A DNA stretch of 64,000 bases from Tubiluchus corallicola. Lineage: Eukaryota; Animalia; Priapulida. The DNA lies in contig JAQGDQ010000237.1 in NCBI GenBank assembly GCA_030141605.1, positions 162,197 through 226,196 of the forward strand, given 5' to 3'. Each line of letters begins with the position of its first letter. The stretch's first letter is position 1. Under the pieces are notes generated by a model that was given only the letters and a program-made list of their open reading frames with translations, made no database searches and was not told the DNA's origin. Shown piece by piece: positions 1-13,005 of the stretch. Made by a program: the position numbers and the translations under genes.

Positions 1-697
1 TAGCATTTTTATAGTATAAAATGTAAAAAAGATAAGTTATAATCAAGTAGAGTCAGAATCTATTCCGTACTATCTATGTCCTAGTAGCTGCTACAAATTT
101 TGTATATAAAACTTAGCTTTACGTAAGGTCAAATCTATTTCAGTCGAACCTTATTAATTTATTTGTCTTAGTTATTTAACTATCTATAATTATAATACAA
201 AACCATAAATTTAATTTTGGTAAAAAAAGTCCATTAAGAACTATATTGGACCGTGCTATAAGTTTGTCTATTTACAACTTATGTCTCTATAGATGCAAAA
301 CATGGTGTAATTACAATCACTACTTTGTAATTATAACACCAGCGATATATTGACAATATTATGCATAGAGATTTCAGTTACAATTGGTCACTTACCATGT
401 GCGTCACAATGGTGCAAACAAATAACTTAAGCACAGGAATTCTGAGCCCACGTAACAATAACTCCTCAAAAGTTAAAATAAAGTCCAGCAAAGAAATTAT
501 TACTTCTGGCTGTCGTCTGTTAAAAGAGGCGCAAAGAGAAGGAAAAATAAGTAGAACTCGTCAGTACATTTGCAATAATTCTTGTTTCGCTGGTTTAACT
601 TCAATACTATATGAGACTTGCTGTCTGTGTGTAGTAGTTTGTTTAACCCAAAATCAGTGAAGAGCCAAGTAACATCGAAACTATACCAAGTTTGAAG

Positions 698-3600
698 ATG
701 GCCGAGCAAGAGGAAGCCAATGTGACAATAACGGTGAAAGACGCTTTTGAACAAAACGGCCATCGTCCTGATTCTTCTGGCGACAATAAACGGAATGAAT
801 GCAAAGACAAGGTCATCGCTAGCGAAGCTAGTGACCCAACAGTGAATCTAACAGACGCGAAGAGGAAAAACAACGAATCAAGTAAAGTAATGGCATTGAA
901 AGAATCGTCAGAGAAACTTAATGCTGAAATGTCATCAAATAATGCTGTGTTGACTCCAGGCGATCATAGGGAAAAATTAATGTCTGTTAAGCAGACGTGT
1001 AACAAGGTACACAATGCAGGTAACTATTGTGACAATCAACTGCACTTAAACAGTCAGGAAACACCAATAAAACATGACGATGAGTTGGTGCTTTCGGATT
1101 GTCCTAATGCACAATTGCAAGGCATTGTTACTGAAGGAAGCACTCCTATTCGTGCACTATTTACTGAAGGTGAAAAAACAGATGATTCCAAAACAAAAAC
1201 TGACCAACCGACCAACAGCCATTCTAAGGAACAGTTCATAGAGAGACAATCGAAAGCACGAACAGACGTTTGTAAGCAATTGCCATCTATACCTTCAGAA
1301 AACATTAACAGCGTGAAGCTTTTATCAAATTCGCCTACTTGCATCACAGAAATTTCTCTGGAAAACAGACAGGTAATTGGTGACAGCAGCAGTACAGGTG
1401 AGTGCGGCAGCTACAACTGCAATGGAAACGGTGAGTGTGAACCTAAACAAAGTTGCAAGCTTGCAAATGTCAGGGAACACGCAAGCAAAGACGAAAATGT
1501 TGCTGAAAAAACTGCCAATTCCGAACAAGACAAAACAACTTCTGCAACAGGAAAATGCCAATGCAAGGAACAGGAAATGGTAAAAAATTGTGGTAATGAT
1601 GAGTCAATGAACAGCGAAGGTGTACGGAAGAAATGTCTCTTGTCTCGTCAAAAACCAGTTCAGACACAAGTGGCGAACGATGAAGTGGAAAATCCATTGT
1701 TGGAAGTTCAGAAAACGTATAAACTAGTACGTGCTCAGGATTTCCATTCTGCTGCCAAAAATGCAATAGCAGCTAGGCTCATAAAGACCCCCACTGGTTA
1801 CAAAATCTTAACCAGAGAAGGAACAACGCCATCAGAAGCAGAGTACATGAAAGTGTTTACAGCTTTTCCGAAACATGAAAACAGCAGTTATGAGACTTCG
1901 TATGTAAGTAGGCCTATCAGCAACAATGAAGCAAAAACAGAAGAAGGTTTAGATAAAAAAGAACTAGTTGCTGATGAAAAGACATGGATGAGCATCCCGG
2001 GTAATGCAACAAATGTCAATCGATCAGATGATTTGAAAAAGAGAGAAAACACTGAGACACTATATAATGTTTCCCGTACACCCGATTTCCTTAGAACGGA
2101 AAAGGGGGCTCATTACATTGTCGGTTCCAGACAACAAGCGCAAAACTTACCTTTTAGTGCCATCTGCAGTAATTTTAAATCATCGCCAAATTACTTGGGG
2201 TGCGGGTCCCAGGTTCAGGGTTTGTCCCGAGTTGTGTTACAAAACGTCGCTCTTTCTCGCCTCCATGGCAACCAAACAAAAGCTTTCACCGATGTCAAGT
2301 CATTCTGCAATTACTTACGGTCACGCTCTTTCGCAACAACGTCATCTACTGTTGGTTGGTCGCCGTCAGCAACTTCAGTAGCCATGGCAATGGACGCAGA
2401 GAGCACTGCCAAATCTCGTTCACCGACACCTGTGTTTGACACGCCCGGTCTTATCAGTTCTGTTCAAATTTCGGCCAACAGAATGTTGCACTTTCTGAAA
2501 AATAATTCGGGACTTGTTTCGGAAGATGCGGACGAAGAACCTTCTAGAAATAAAGTCAAAACAGAGGAAAATGAAGCACAGCAAATCAAAAGAGTCGAAG
2601 ACGAAACCGACTCAGAACATTCAGGCCAGAATTCAACCAATGTTCCTCAATCCATAGCAAAAGAAATCAAGTCAATACAAGATAAAAGACAACTGGATTG
2701 CGCTGAAATTACTGCTAAAGAAGCAAAGCTGTTGGCGGCACGCGAACAAAGCATTTCCGCTTTAAAAAAGAGGAGAACTGGCGAAAAGAAAGTGCAGCAG
2801 GCTACAAAATCACGAATTAGAAAAAAGCTATCTCGGATAGAAGAGGACAAAGCTGCAGTTACAGCTCTTATTGAAGCTGAATTCAGCGAGCCTGGGACTG
2901 ACTTGCCTGTATCAGTTGATGTTTCCCCGAGAAAAAAACAAAAGAAATCTTTAGCAAAATCTAATTTAAAGCCTAAAGAGAAAATTCGAGAAACACTTCC
3001 TTTGTTGCTAGATTCATGGGAATCGTAAGTAAAAATCACTGCCTTTAAAATTTGTTTTGCTCAGTAAACATCGTATATGATACAATCAAACCATATTAAT
3101 TATGAAAAGTAAAGTCACTAGATATACAAGTCCTACCAAACCCAGTGGCCCAAAGGACAATAAATGATGTACCTGAAGTAGGTTTAAGAAAAATCGCCTT
3201 AAAAAGTTTTAATTACTTTTAGAGCAATTTTAACTGTATATTGTACTCGCTTTGAAAGGATTTTTTGTTTGTTTTCATTTTAAATCTCCCGCAATACTGT
3301 TCCACCGCGTATTTACATTACGTTATATTAGTACAACGCAAATTAGGGGAAGAAAAGGAAATGATAAATTATGTCCCAAAAAAACTTTACATGCAAAGTT
3401 ACATTGCTTAGCATTGCGTTTACCTGCTTGAAAGACTTATGTAACTAGAAAAGAAAATTATTAATTATTTAAAATGCTTTCACGAATTGGTAAAATGTCG
3501 CTGACTTACATCCAGGGTGCACCACTCCCTAACCAAAAACGCATTTTTAATCTTATTGACAAGGTACAGTAATTTGAAAAAATACTTAGTGACAAATACT

Positions 3601-6600
3601 CTGATTATTTTTTCAAACTTTACTCAGTCTTAGCTAAACTTGTTTCAAATGACTTATCGTCTAAATGGCTGCGTCTAACGGTCATCGCAGGAGTTTAAGT
3701 TTACATGTTTTGTACAGCGTTACTGCCGACTCAAGCCTTGTGTGCAAAAACACAGTATGCAGGTGGTATAACATTTTAAAACAAATTCTTTAAGCTTTAT
3801 GTAAGTGGAGGGTTTTCTTGTGCTTTAAGGCTCGTTTTGTAAAATAAACATCGTGTTACATTGTAAGGTGTAAGGTGGTGACCGCCTAGGAATACCAGGT
3901 GCTGTAGGCTTGCTGGATGCCCACACTGTATCGAGTAGGCGAAGGAGCTACACAAGCAGCCAATGGCTAGAGGGCGGAGGAGGTCAAGTGACCCAATGGC
4001 TATGTGTAGAGGAGTAAAGCTTCCAAATTAGGAGTGGAGCCCCGAAGGCGGACCAGTGCAGCATGCTCACTGACTCCGGCAGCTCCTGCAGCCAACCTGG
4101 TGCCAAACGTAACGCTCCGCATTCCTTTGGACTACACCGGGGAGGAAGAGAGGGGGTTCCTGTTGTCTGGGCAACTCAGGATCTCCATACACCTTGCCCA
4201 GGCGTGCGCCCAGGAGACGTTCAAGGATCGCACTGCTCAGCCACAGTCGACGCTGCAGCTCCATCAATGTGATCAATAACTGACTCTCTTGGCGCACACT
4301 CCATTGTCTTCCGAGACAGAAGGATGCCAACAACATTGTAAGGTTATAAATGCTGTCACCTGACGGCCATACTTTATCGCTTGTCCTTAATTTGTTAGCT
4401 GTGTGCTTTTAAATCAGAAGCTTTCGCCTTTCTAGTTGACGAATTGGACCTCACGTGATTTCGCAGCATTTACCCGTACATTCAATTGTCGGATGAAACA
4501 GATAATCGCATCACGTTCGTGATTAAAAAAGTAATTATACCAGGTGGCGCAAAAAAGTGTGCCAAAGCTTTGTACACGACGTCATAATATGAAATAAGGG
4601 AATCAAGTGAAAATTACCATACTGATATTACAGATGCTCATGTACAAACATCAATAAATCTAAATCGGTCCCTTAGATTCCACTAGTAAAAAATAAAAAC
4701 GGGAAAAACTTTGTGTGTCGCTATTGCTAAAATTTACAGCAAGGGCTCTATGTATCCACCATTTTCACTGCAAACCAGAGGAAGACGTTTCCTTTAAAGT
4801 AAAACCGGACCCGATCTTAAACTGTAGGTCAAAACAATCTACGCTCTAAAATATTGAAAGCAACACACAATTTTATAAAAATGACTTACGTGAAATAATT
4901 ATTACCACACAAACAGAATTTCGCGTTCGCGCCACTAGTTCTTCACTGTTACATGCATTCTCTATTGAGGCGGGCACTAGCGCCTGCATTACGAAAGCGC
5001 ATTGCATAAAGAAATAGGTGCTGTACCTCTCAGTTCAGATGTGTTAGTTTGTGACGCACTAGACACGTTCGACAGCTCATGTGTGAGCACAGCGGTGAAT
5101 TTGAACTTTACTTTATTTTAAAACTTGCCTAGTTTTACTACCTTACCTTACCTTAGTCCTTCCCGTGCACGGATGCACATTGGGCAGACAGCATTTTCCA
5201 CTGGGTTCTATCGGCGGCTTCTCTTTCGATGTTCTCCCAACGTCTGTTCATAGCCCGAAGGTCTTCTTTGACAGATCTGCGCCACGTTGTTTTTGGCCGA
5301 CCTCTTTTTCTTTTTCGCCAGGTGGTTCCCAGCGTAACGCTATTTTGGAGTGGCGTTGTTCTGGTAGGCGTAGAATATGTCCAGCCAATCTCAGCCTTCT
5401 CTCTGCGACTAGTTTTAGTACAACACACTGAATCTCTTACAGTAGCACTGCACTTCAATTTTAGCTTTTGTAGCTTGTTTTTGATGCTGAAAATTATGTT
5501 AGTTTGTGGTGTCATCGGCTCGTCCGTCATTAATTTAGTTTTTAATCTACAATTTAATTATCAGAAACGCTTTTGCAGTATTAATTGTGTTAAAATGTAT
5601 AGTTTCATCGGATTAGAAAACGAGGTAGTATATAAAAAATCATTCTGTCTTCCTTCAACAGCTAACAGTTTATCACGTCTTTAAGGTTTATTTGGTCCCA
5701 GGACTCTTTTGAGAATCCCAAGATAATTTTTGTCTTAGTTCCTTTGCATCAAACGGCTGCATCAAAAGACAAATTTTGTCTTTAGTTTATTTGCATCAGA
5801 CGGCTGTGTGCGACAGTTGTACACTTTCGCTTTAACGGAATTCCAGATCCACGCTAGTTTCGACGACTTCACAACAGGTGGCAGTAGTGTCAAACATATT
5901 TTACTTCTGCGAACTATGAATTCTGGGATTCTGCTCTATTTATAACAATAAGCTGGACGTAATTTAAGAGAATTTCGCTTAGGCTACATAGTTTAACCTA
6001 TTTGCCCATTTTTACTATTTTAATAAGCCTTTTCACAGTTTCGTTGTGCACACGCGCAGTTGCTGTAATTCAAGGTTAACTGTACTATAGCAACGCGTCT
6101 TCGCGTTTTAACTATAACCGTCACGTGACATGTGGGTAAAGCAAACTCGTCTGCCACAACGGTTGTTTTACTTGGATTTTACTTAATTATACATCAGTCT
6201 GTGGGTAGAATGATTTACTAGCAGGATCCTACTTGGGAACAGGAATAAATGAACTAGGTAAGGATCTAGCTGGCTGTTAAAACTGTTATTATTACAACAG
6301 TATGGGCTGCTTGTCAAGTGCACTCAAATGTGTTATCTGGTACACGTAGCCTTTGACCTTTTCACGATCATCATCAATCGTTGGAACTGTGAAAAGGCTT
6401 ATTAAGGAGGATGGTGGATGCTGATGGTGGATGCCGATGGTGGATGCCGATGGTGGATGCTGATTGTGGATGCTGATGGTGGATGCTGATGGTGGATGCT
6501 GATGGTGGATGCCGATGGTGGATGCTGATTGTGGATGCTGATGGTGGATGCTGATGGTGGATGCTGATGGTGGATGCCGATGGTGGATGCTGATGGTGGA

Positions 6601-7583
6601 TGCTGATGGTGGATGCCGATGGTGGATGCTGATGGTGGATGCCGATGGTGGATGCCGACGGTGGATGCCGATGGTGGATGCTGATGGTGGATGCCGATGG
6701 TGGATGCTGATGGTGGATGCCGATGGTGGATGCTGATGGTGGATGCTGATGGTGGATGCCGATGGTGGATGCTGACGGTGGATGCCGATGGTGGATGCTG
6801 ATGGTGGATGCCGATGGTGGATGCTGATGGTGGATGCCGATGGTGGATGCTGATGGTGGATGCTGATGGTGGATGCCGATGGTGGATGCTGATGGTGGAT
6901 GCCGATGGTGGATGCTGATGGTGGATGCCGATGGTGGATGCTGATGGTGGATGCTGATTGTGGATGCCGATGGTGGATGCTGATGGTGGATGCCGATGGT
7001 GGATGCTGATTGTGGATGCCGATGGTGGATGCTGATTGTGGATGCCGATGGTGGATGCTGTCTACAGGTCTGGTGTGCGAGATAAACTGCCTTCTGTACA
7101 GTGGATGAGACCATTGCCACATACATGAACCGACACCCAAGTTCAGTCAACGTTAAATCATTAATATGTTTACAACTCAAATTTTAATAGACGCATACAG
7201 ATTTTATTTTTGAGTAATAATCGTTACTTATGGGCGATAATATCACTTTAACATATCAATGCTGCGAGGCGTTGTCAAGTGCACACAAATGCGTTGTCTG
7301 GTACACTTAACCCTTGACCTTTTCACGATCATCTTCAATTATTAATTACTGTGGTGGTTTCGTGGATAAAACATAAAAACAGCTTTTTTGCAGATACTTG
7401 AATACAGGAACAGAAGCCATGCACGCTGCAGAAGTTGAGAATGGCTTGTACTACAACTACAATGATGAAGCAATGGAACTTTTGCAATCTCACGACAGTT
7501 CAGCGTGGCAAATGGTTGATGAACTCAGTTTATCTTTCCTTCCTCACACTGATGCTTTCTATATGAACAGCATTATTCAGTGA
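698..7583 (+). CDS. Uncharacterised low-complexity (S/E/K/N-rich), probably disordered protein; exons 698-3024 and 7394-7583
   Basis: 2.3-kb open frame ending at a GTAAGT donor (3025, phase 2). A phase-compatible acceptor (ttttttgcag, 7393) opens a 62-codon terminal exon. Basic NLS-like segments (KKRRT, PRKKQKK). The frame is open back to 647 with a possible acceptor at 657, so the big exon may be internal. No family recognised. Confidence 0.65.
3870..4332 (+). mobile_element. 5'-truncated SINE with 5S rRNA-derived head and RTE-LINE-derived body/tail
   Basis: 3877-3911 GGTGACCGCCTAGGAATACCAGGTGCTGTAGGCTT matches the 5S rRNA 3' end. 4221-4283 encodes SRIALLSHSRRCSSIN, like an RTE ORF C-terminus. 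12-bp direct repeat ACATTGTAAGGT at 3858-3869 and 4333-4344. Confidence 0.8.
4798..5654. mobile_element. Non-autonomous TTAA-flanked DNA element (Kolobok-like, family A), copy 1, interrupted by an RTE fragment
   Basis: Homologous in inverted orientation to 48095-48706. Left end TTAA|AG; right end CT|TCAA (mutated TTAA). Confidence 0.65.
5141..5408 (-). mobile_element. 5'-truncated RTE-clade LINE 3' end
   Basis: Minus strand encodes KRKRGRPKTTWRRSVKEDL...W, a typical RTE C-terminus, with an upstream frameshifted segment and a (TAAGG)n tail. TSD CTAGTTTTA(C/G)TA at 5129-5140 and 5409-5420. Confidence 0.85.
6021..6404. mobile_element. MITE, PIF/Harbinger-like; copy 1
   Basis: 20-bp TIR TAATAAGCCTTTTCACAGTT / AACTGTGAAAAGGCTTATTA. 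Inverted second copy at 46859-47224 and a partial copy near 7270-7345. Confidence 0.75.
6410..7059. repeat. 13-bp minisatellite (GATGGTGGATGCY), ~50 copies
   Basis: Directly visible tandem array; explains the HHQHPPSASTISI pseudo-ORFs (3 units = 13 codons). Confidence 0.97.
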
Positions 7584-8004
7584 AGGGATGCTTATGCTTC
7601 TTCATGTACATAATGTTGTAAGAAACCATTCTGACTGTATATTTATTCTTAGTGCAAAGCAGATATGAAATTCGATTACCAAATTTGTTATCGTTTCAAT
7701 ATTTCAATATTTCATTGAAGTATAATATTAGTGAATAAGTAAGCGATTCCTAGCAACAAGAGACTTATTAAATGGGTCAAAAAAATTCCAAATATTTTTA
7801 TTTTATGTTTCGCGCAAGGCAAATAAATATTGTACACATATAAGAGATTAAGCAGTGGCCATTTTCGTACAAAAATGTGAGATAGTAGATTGTGCGTAGA
7901 AGAAATCACAGCATTGAAAGTTATTTGCTACACTCTAATAATGTTTCATGTTTTTATTAGTACAGAAAATGAAAGAGGTTTCCAGTGAATAAGCGAGTCG
8001 TGTT

Positions 8005-8070
8005 CTGCACTTGACTGAATAGTTAAGCAAACACTACCGGACCTGGTTAGTAAACGGAGGGGTGACCATT
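8005..8070 (+). pseudogene. Degenerate 5S rRNA-like segment (probable old SINE head)
   Basis: GTTAAGCA...CCTGGTTAGTA...GGGGTGACC follows the order and approximate spacing of the 5S internal control region. Confidence 0.4.
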
Positions 8071-8441
8071 TGCCTCTTTCTGCCAGCACTACCTCTGACT
8101 ATTTCTCTCGTTTAGGGAGGATGTCCCTGCGTGTCTAAGACAGCTTTTGGCGGAGCACAGACTCATTTTAAAGAATTTTTCTTCATAATTCTTTAAATTC
8201 TTTAAATTTCGGTAGGTGTCTCTGTCATCTGCTCCTGTTGAGCGCCGCATTCCGCCTTTCAGAGTGTCGAACTGTAGATAAATGAAATGAATATTATACA
8301 CAGAATTTTTTGTTATTCGCCCAGAACTGGTAACGGGGCTCGTTAGTACACAACCTATGATAAATGTTCAATGCAGTAATAAGCAGCGTTTGTGTTCGAA
8401 GACCAATTCGTAAGACGGCTGCTGCTTTGCTTAGGATCAGT

Positions 8442-8722
8442 CAGGGCGTATATCAGCCTAAGCGAGGCCCGGGGAAGTGGGGCGTGTGAGGCCCCCTCGG
8501 GGGGGGGGGCACCATGGTTGGCGCCCAGAAAATTTTTGAACTGCTAGAACGCCGGAGAAGCATTTTCGAAGAGAAAATATGGAGTTATACAGTTGTTAAA
8601 AAGGAAAGAACAATTGAATGTTCGCATAAAGCAAAAAAATGTTACCTCGGCGCGAGGGCCTCTGGAGGGTGAGGCCCCGGGGAAGTATCCCCACTCCCCC
8701 TCCACCCCTGAAATAGGCCCTG
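8442..8722. mobile_element. hAT-like MITE
   Basis: Termini CAGGGCGTATATCAG / CTGAAATAGGCCCTG; 8-bp TSD GGATCAGT / GAATCAGT; subterminal GAGGCCCC repeats. Confidence 0.75.
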
Positions 8723-11700
8723 GAATCAGTGCGTTGAAAAGAGTCTAATATTAGAACTTTATAGAGCGTTTTCTGATTGCGAAATGTTTCCTCTACAGAA
8801 ATTGCTCTAATACAACATTTCAACCAGGTTTGAAACATGAAAGAAGTATTCATAATACAAGTTTACTCACTTCTACACATGACAGTATTATTTTACTATT
8901 TTATTTTGTAGCTTCAGTTAACATACTACACGTACCAACAATAACAAACTTACGATAATGTGTAATCTACAACAGCATAATAATTATACAGGCCTATAAA
9001 TTAATTGTTTTTAGCAACGTTCCGTAATTAATACAAATTAATTAAGGTTTCTTTTTGTATTAGTAAAAATATAAGATAAGCAGTATAAATCTTAGGCTAT
9101 AGACTATTCAGTATTAACTATGTATACTAAGCATTTATACTACGTAGCATTGTAACTTTCTTACAAAATCTGGCCTCTTTTATGAGAGAGAATATGCAGT
9201 AAAAAAATACGTTAAAACCGGTTGTAAGAGGCTGAAAAAGATTGATGTTCTCGGAAAAAACAAACAGAAGAAAAATAGAAGAGAAGAAAGAGGAAAAGTG
9301 CAGGAATTAAAGCAACAACAAGGAAAGGCAATGTGCTAGAGAAAAAGCGAGTAACATTTTATTCTTTATACAGAAAAAACTTTTCTTACTAAGTTTACCT
9401 GCAATATTCAGGAACGTTAAGAGGCTTTTAAAAACAGTGGGCCCATCAAAAATGCAGTCAGGTAGTGTGGATGGGGGGGGGGGTGAATCCTCGGCCATCA
9501 ATGCATTTTGCATATTTTAGACCACTTTTGTGCCTGCTAGAAGCTATTTCCTCAAGGAAGTTCACTAGTTTAAAACAGGCGTTATCTCGAACTTTTGATT
9601 CATAATTACAGACCAATATATTGACAAACAGACATATACATGATGTACAGACGAGTAACTTACATGTGTTTTAAAAAGCAAACCCTTGTGATTATATGTT
9701 TTTTGCGGAAATTAAATTTTAATAAAGACACCACTAGAATTCAGCTAATCGTTCTAATCCAGAGAAAATATTCATATTTTGGTGTTGTAATTGCTACTGT
9801 GAAAAGGGGCCCACACTCCTAGGGACCACCTGTTAAATCCGCCACTTAGCATAAAATTAAATCTAGTGAAAACTCAATTAGCGAGTGGCTTACCAACTTA
9901 GCTTCCTCCTCCATATTCATAGTTGCTCATCTCCACTGAGTAACAGTAAGAGCGCCAACCGAGATGTTGTTTTGGACACCTTAGTTTTACACAGTATGAT
10001 TAGTTCCTTTTATTGTTTTCAGTACTGTCTCTCTGTGTCTGTCTGTGCATTTGAATCAACTGACACGATGGCTGGTGACGTAAACTTGTGCCACCAGCCA
10101 TCTTTTCTTTGTTGCTGTTTTACATTGTCTCATGTTTTTCATTGTTCACGAATTACAAATCAGATCTCTTTAGTTTTCCCATTACATTTGGGCATAAACC
10201 AACACAGATTTTTCTAGGTGGTTTCAAAATGGTACGTATTAATTTTCTAAGCAGCTATGGGTCACACGCACATCAGTATGGGTCACACGACTCACACCGC
10301 TGTCGATACTCGGCGTATTCGCTAACGACTTAAAATGACATCAGCTTCCGGGAGCTATTTTGTTTGTTTTTATGTGAATTTCTTTAAATTTGTATAGTTT
10401 GGCTGTTTTGCAGTTTTGAGCAACTGGTAAAAGTTAATTAGAAAGTAGAAATGCCGAAACGACAGTGTGCATTTACAGACTAAATGAATAGCCATTTGGT
10501 ATTGCTATTAGAATACATGTAGGCTTATTTGTATAATTTGCATTTTATTTTGTATTGTTTTAATGGACCCTAGACTGGTCATTTTTGCCTACTTACAAAT
10601 GTGCGAAAAAGTGTCCTCTTTTTCAACTCAGACAATATGGTAACCCTATCTAAGCTATGCAAATAACTTTGAATTAGTGGAATTGTGAGACTGCCATTCG
10701 GTAAGCTTTATAATAATATACCCGTATACTGTTTTTAGCATTACTTTGATGCTGACAATTGTCATTATTGACTATGTTTTATCACAAGTTAATTGTTATT
10801 TCAACAAATATCCTGTAAAGGTTGAGAAAAGTTGTGGCAAAAAGTTTGAATTTGAAACCATTGTGCGTTTTATTCGCACGTAGGCTTGTTCGCCACGTGT
10901 CAAGTGAAGAATAATCGTATTCGAACCAGAACCCTGATAGTTTGAACCTCCTGCGTGAATAAACATCTTGTCTTTGCCACCAACAACTAGAGCTGAAAGT
11001 AAAAAAAACTCATGAATTAAAAAGCAGGAACCATTATATGCGGTGCCTGCTCATAGATGGCGCATAGCTACGCTAGCGCCCTAGGGAATCAGTTTTCATG
11101 TAACAGTAGAAGCAAATAACTCTTAAAATAAAAAACATTTTTAACAAGTTCCAAATGGCAAATTCATCGGAGAAATGAACTCATTCTAAACGCAACGTGA
11201 GTTTACACACACGGAGAAAAATAAACAAATACAATTTTCTAGAATTGTGTGCTCATTGGACGCTTATAAGATGGCAAAGTTATAAAAACAACAAATATCT
11301 ACTAGGCAAAAAAATCAACGTGGTGCAGAGGAGGCAACGAACTAGCTACAAGACAATTAATTACTGTTAACGGATATCGATGAATTGATTAACTGCTTTG
11401 CAACAAAATGGCATGTTGCTTTATTTTAAAAGTAAATTTTGCATACGAGAATACCACTTCTGAATAAAAATGTTCCCTCTTTTCCATTTTTATACATCTG
11501 TCATTTGGAAATCTTAATTTCGCTGAAAAACTTGCTACAACGCTGGTTACAATTTCATTGCATTGTAATAGATGCTTACATATTTACATAATTGATGTTG
11601 GTTGACACAGGTTTAAATGAGGTCCTCCAAAGCGGAAAAAGGACCTCAAGATGTCTAGTCGTCCTCAAAAAATATGTTTAAAAAGTAACAGAAAAATGAA

Positions 11701-13005
11701 CACCGGATAAGTCATAGTTAAGAGAGTCTGTGATAAAAGCGAATGAACTAAGTAGTTTGTTATATGTAGATAAAACTTTTCTATAAGTTTTGATTTAATT
11801 TTTTTTCTTTTATATATGTGTTTAAAGTTCAAACTTTGTGGGCCGATAAAAATGTTCTGTGTTCAAGGACGGGACTTTCTAGTCTAAACTATGAAGGTTA
11901 AAGGAAAACCGGATGATTGTGTAGACATTAGTTCAGAGTAAAGAATGCTCTAAAATATTGAAAACTACAATAGCTTTTTTTAAATCAAAGTTTAGATTAA
12001 ATAATAACTATGTCGGATACTCAAATTTCGTTAAACTTTCAAAGTTATTGAAGTGCTGGGCGGCTTCATTGGTGCAACCAATGTGTAACAGAAGGGAATA
12101 GGAACACTCTACAGTAACAAAATAGGTAAAATAATTCATAGATATATAAGATAAAGTTAAGAAAATAAATAGATTAAGTTAATTAAGATTTCCACGTACA
12201 GTTTGGCCTGTCAAGCTATGCTTTTAGGCTTAAACTGTATGCATCAAAATTATTGTGTAATGTAATTTGCACATGTATATACTAGCTGCTAAAGACTCTT
12301 TTTTTGTAATTTCTGGACTATGTTGCATTTGTATTTTTACTTTAATTGATAATTATCTGTATTTTAATTACAATTGTAAGATGCAGTGTGGAAATAAAAA
12401 AACTTTTGAACTTTGAATACAAGATGTCTCTGAGGAAACGCAAGTGATCAACAGTATAATAAATTAATAGAAACGTTTCTTTCTGTATATAGCAATCTAT
12501 TCATTAGTTCATTCTGCTTTAACACAGGCCCTCAGAACTGTGTGATATCCGGAGTTATTGTGGTTCTGATACCGAATATTTTAACCCAATAAATAAAAAC
12601 AAATGAATAAATAAATAATAAAAAGGCACCTGCAGTCGTACAGTAAATTATAAATTATAAAATAACTCTTATGGTATACATACAATACTTTGCTTTGCAT
12701 CAACGTATCATGGTATGTTGCTTTTAGAAGAACTTATTTGCATTTGAAAAAATGGAAAGAGCAAAAAATTATTTTACTTTACTTACGTTAATTGCAATTA
12801 GTTTTCGTTGAACAAGAAAATAGATTTTAGTGTTTTCAGCATTGCTCTATTTGTTTTATAGCCGAATAATTGAACAAAATTTTGGTTGTTCGTAATTCAC
12901 GTTGTGGTCCAGCTAAGTCAACAAACTCCAGAAAGCATAGCAGTTAATGATGAGTCTTTGGACTTACGCAGCGACATCTCGTGAAGCAAAACGAAAACAT
13001 TTTAC

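Noticed and set aside
3877-3911. Functional 5S rRNA gene
   Set aside because: Only the 3' ~35 nt are present, without a terminator; part of a SINE.
12850-13005. Read-through C-terminal half of the C1q domain (LFGYK near 12860)
   Set aside because: All frames contain stops and lack the GDxV motif.
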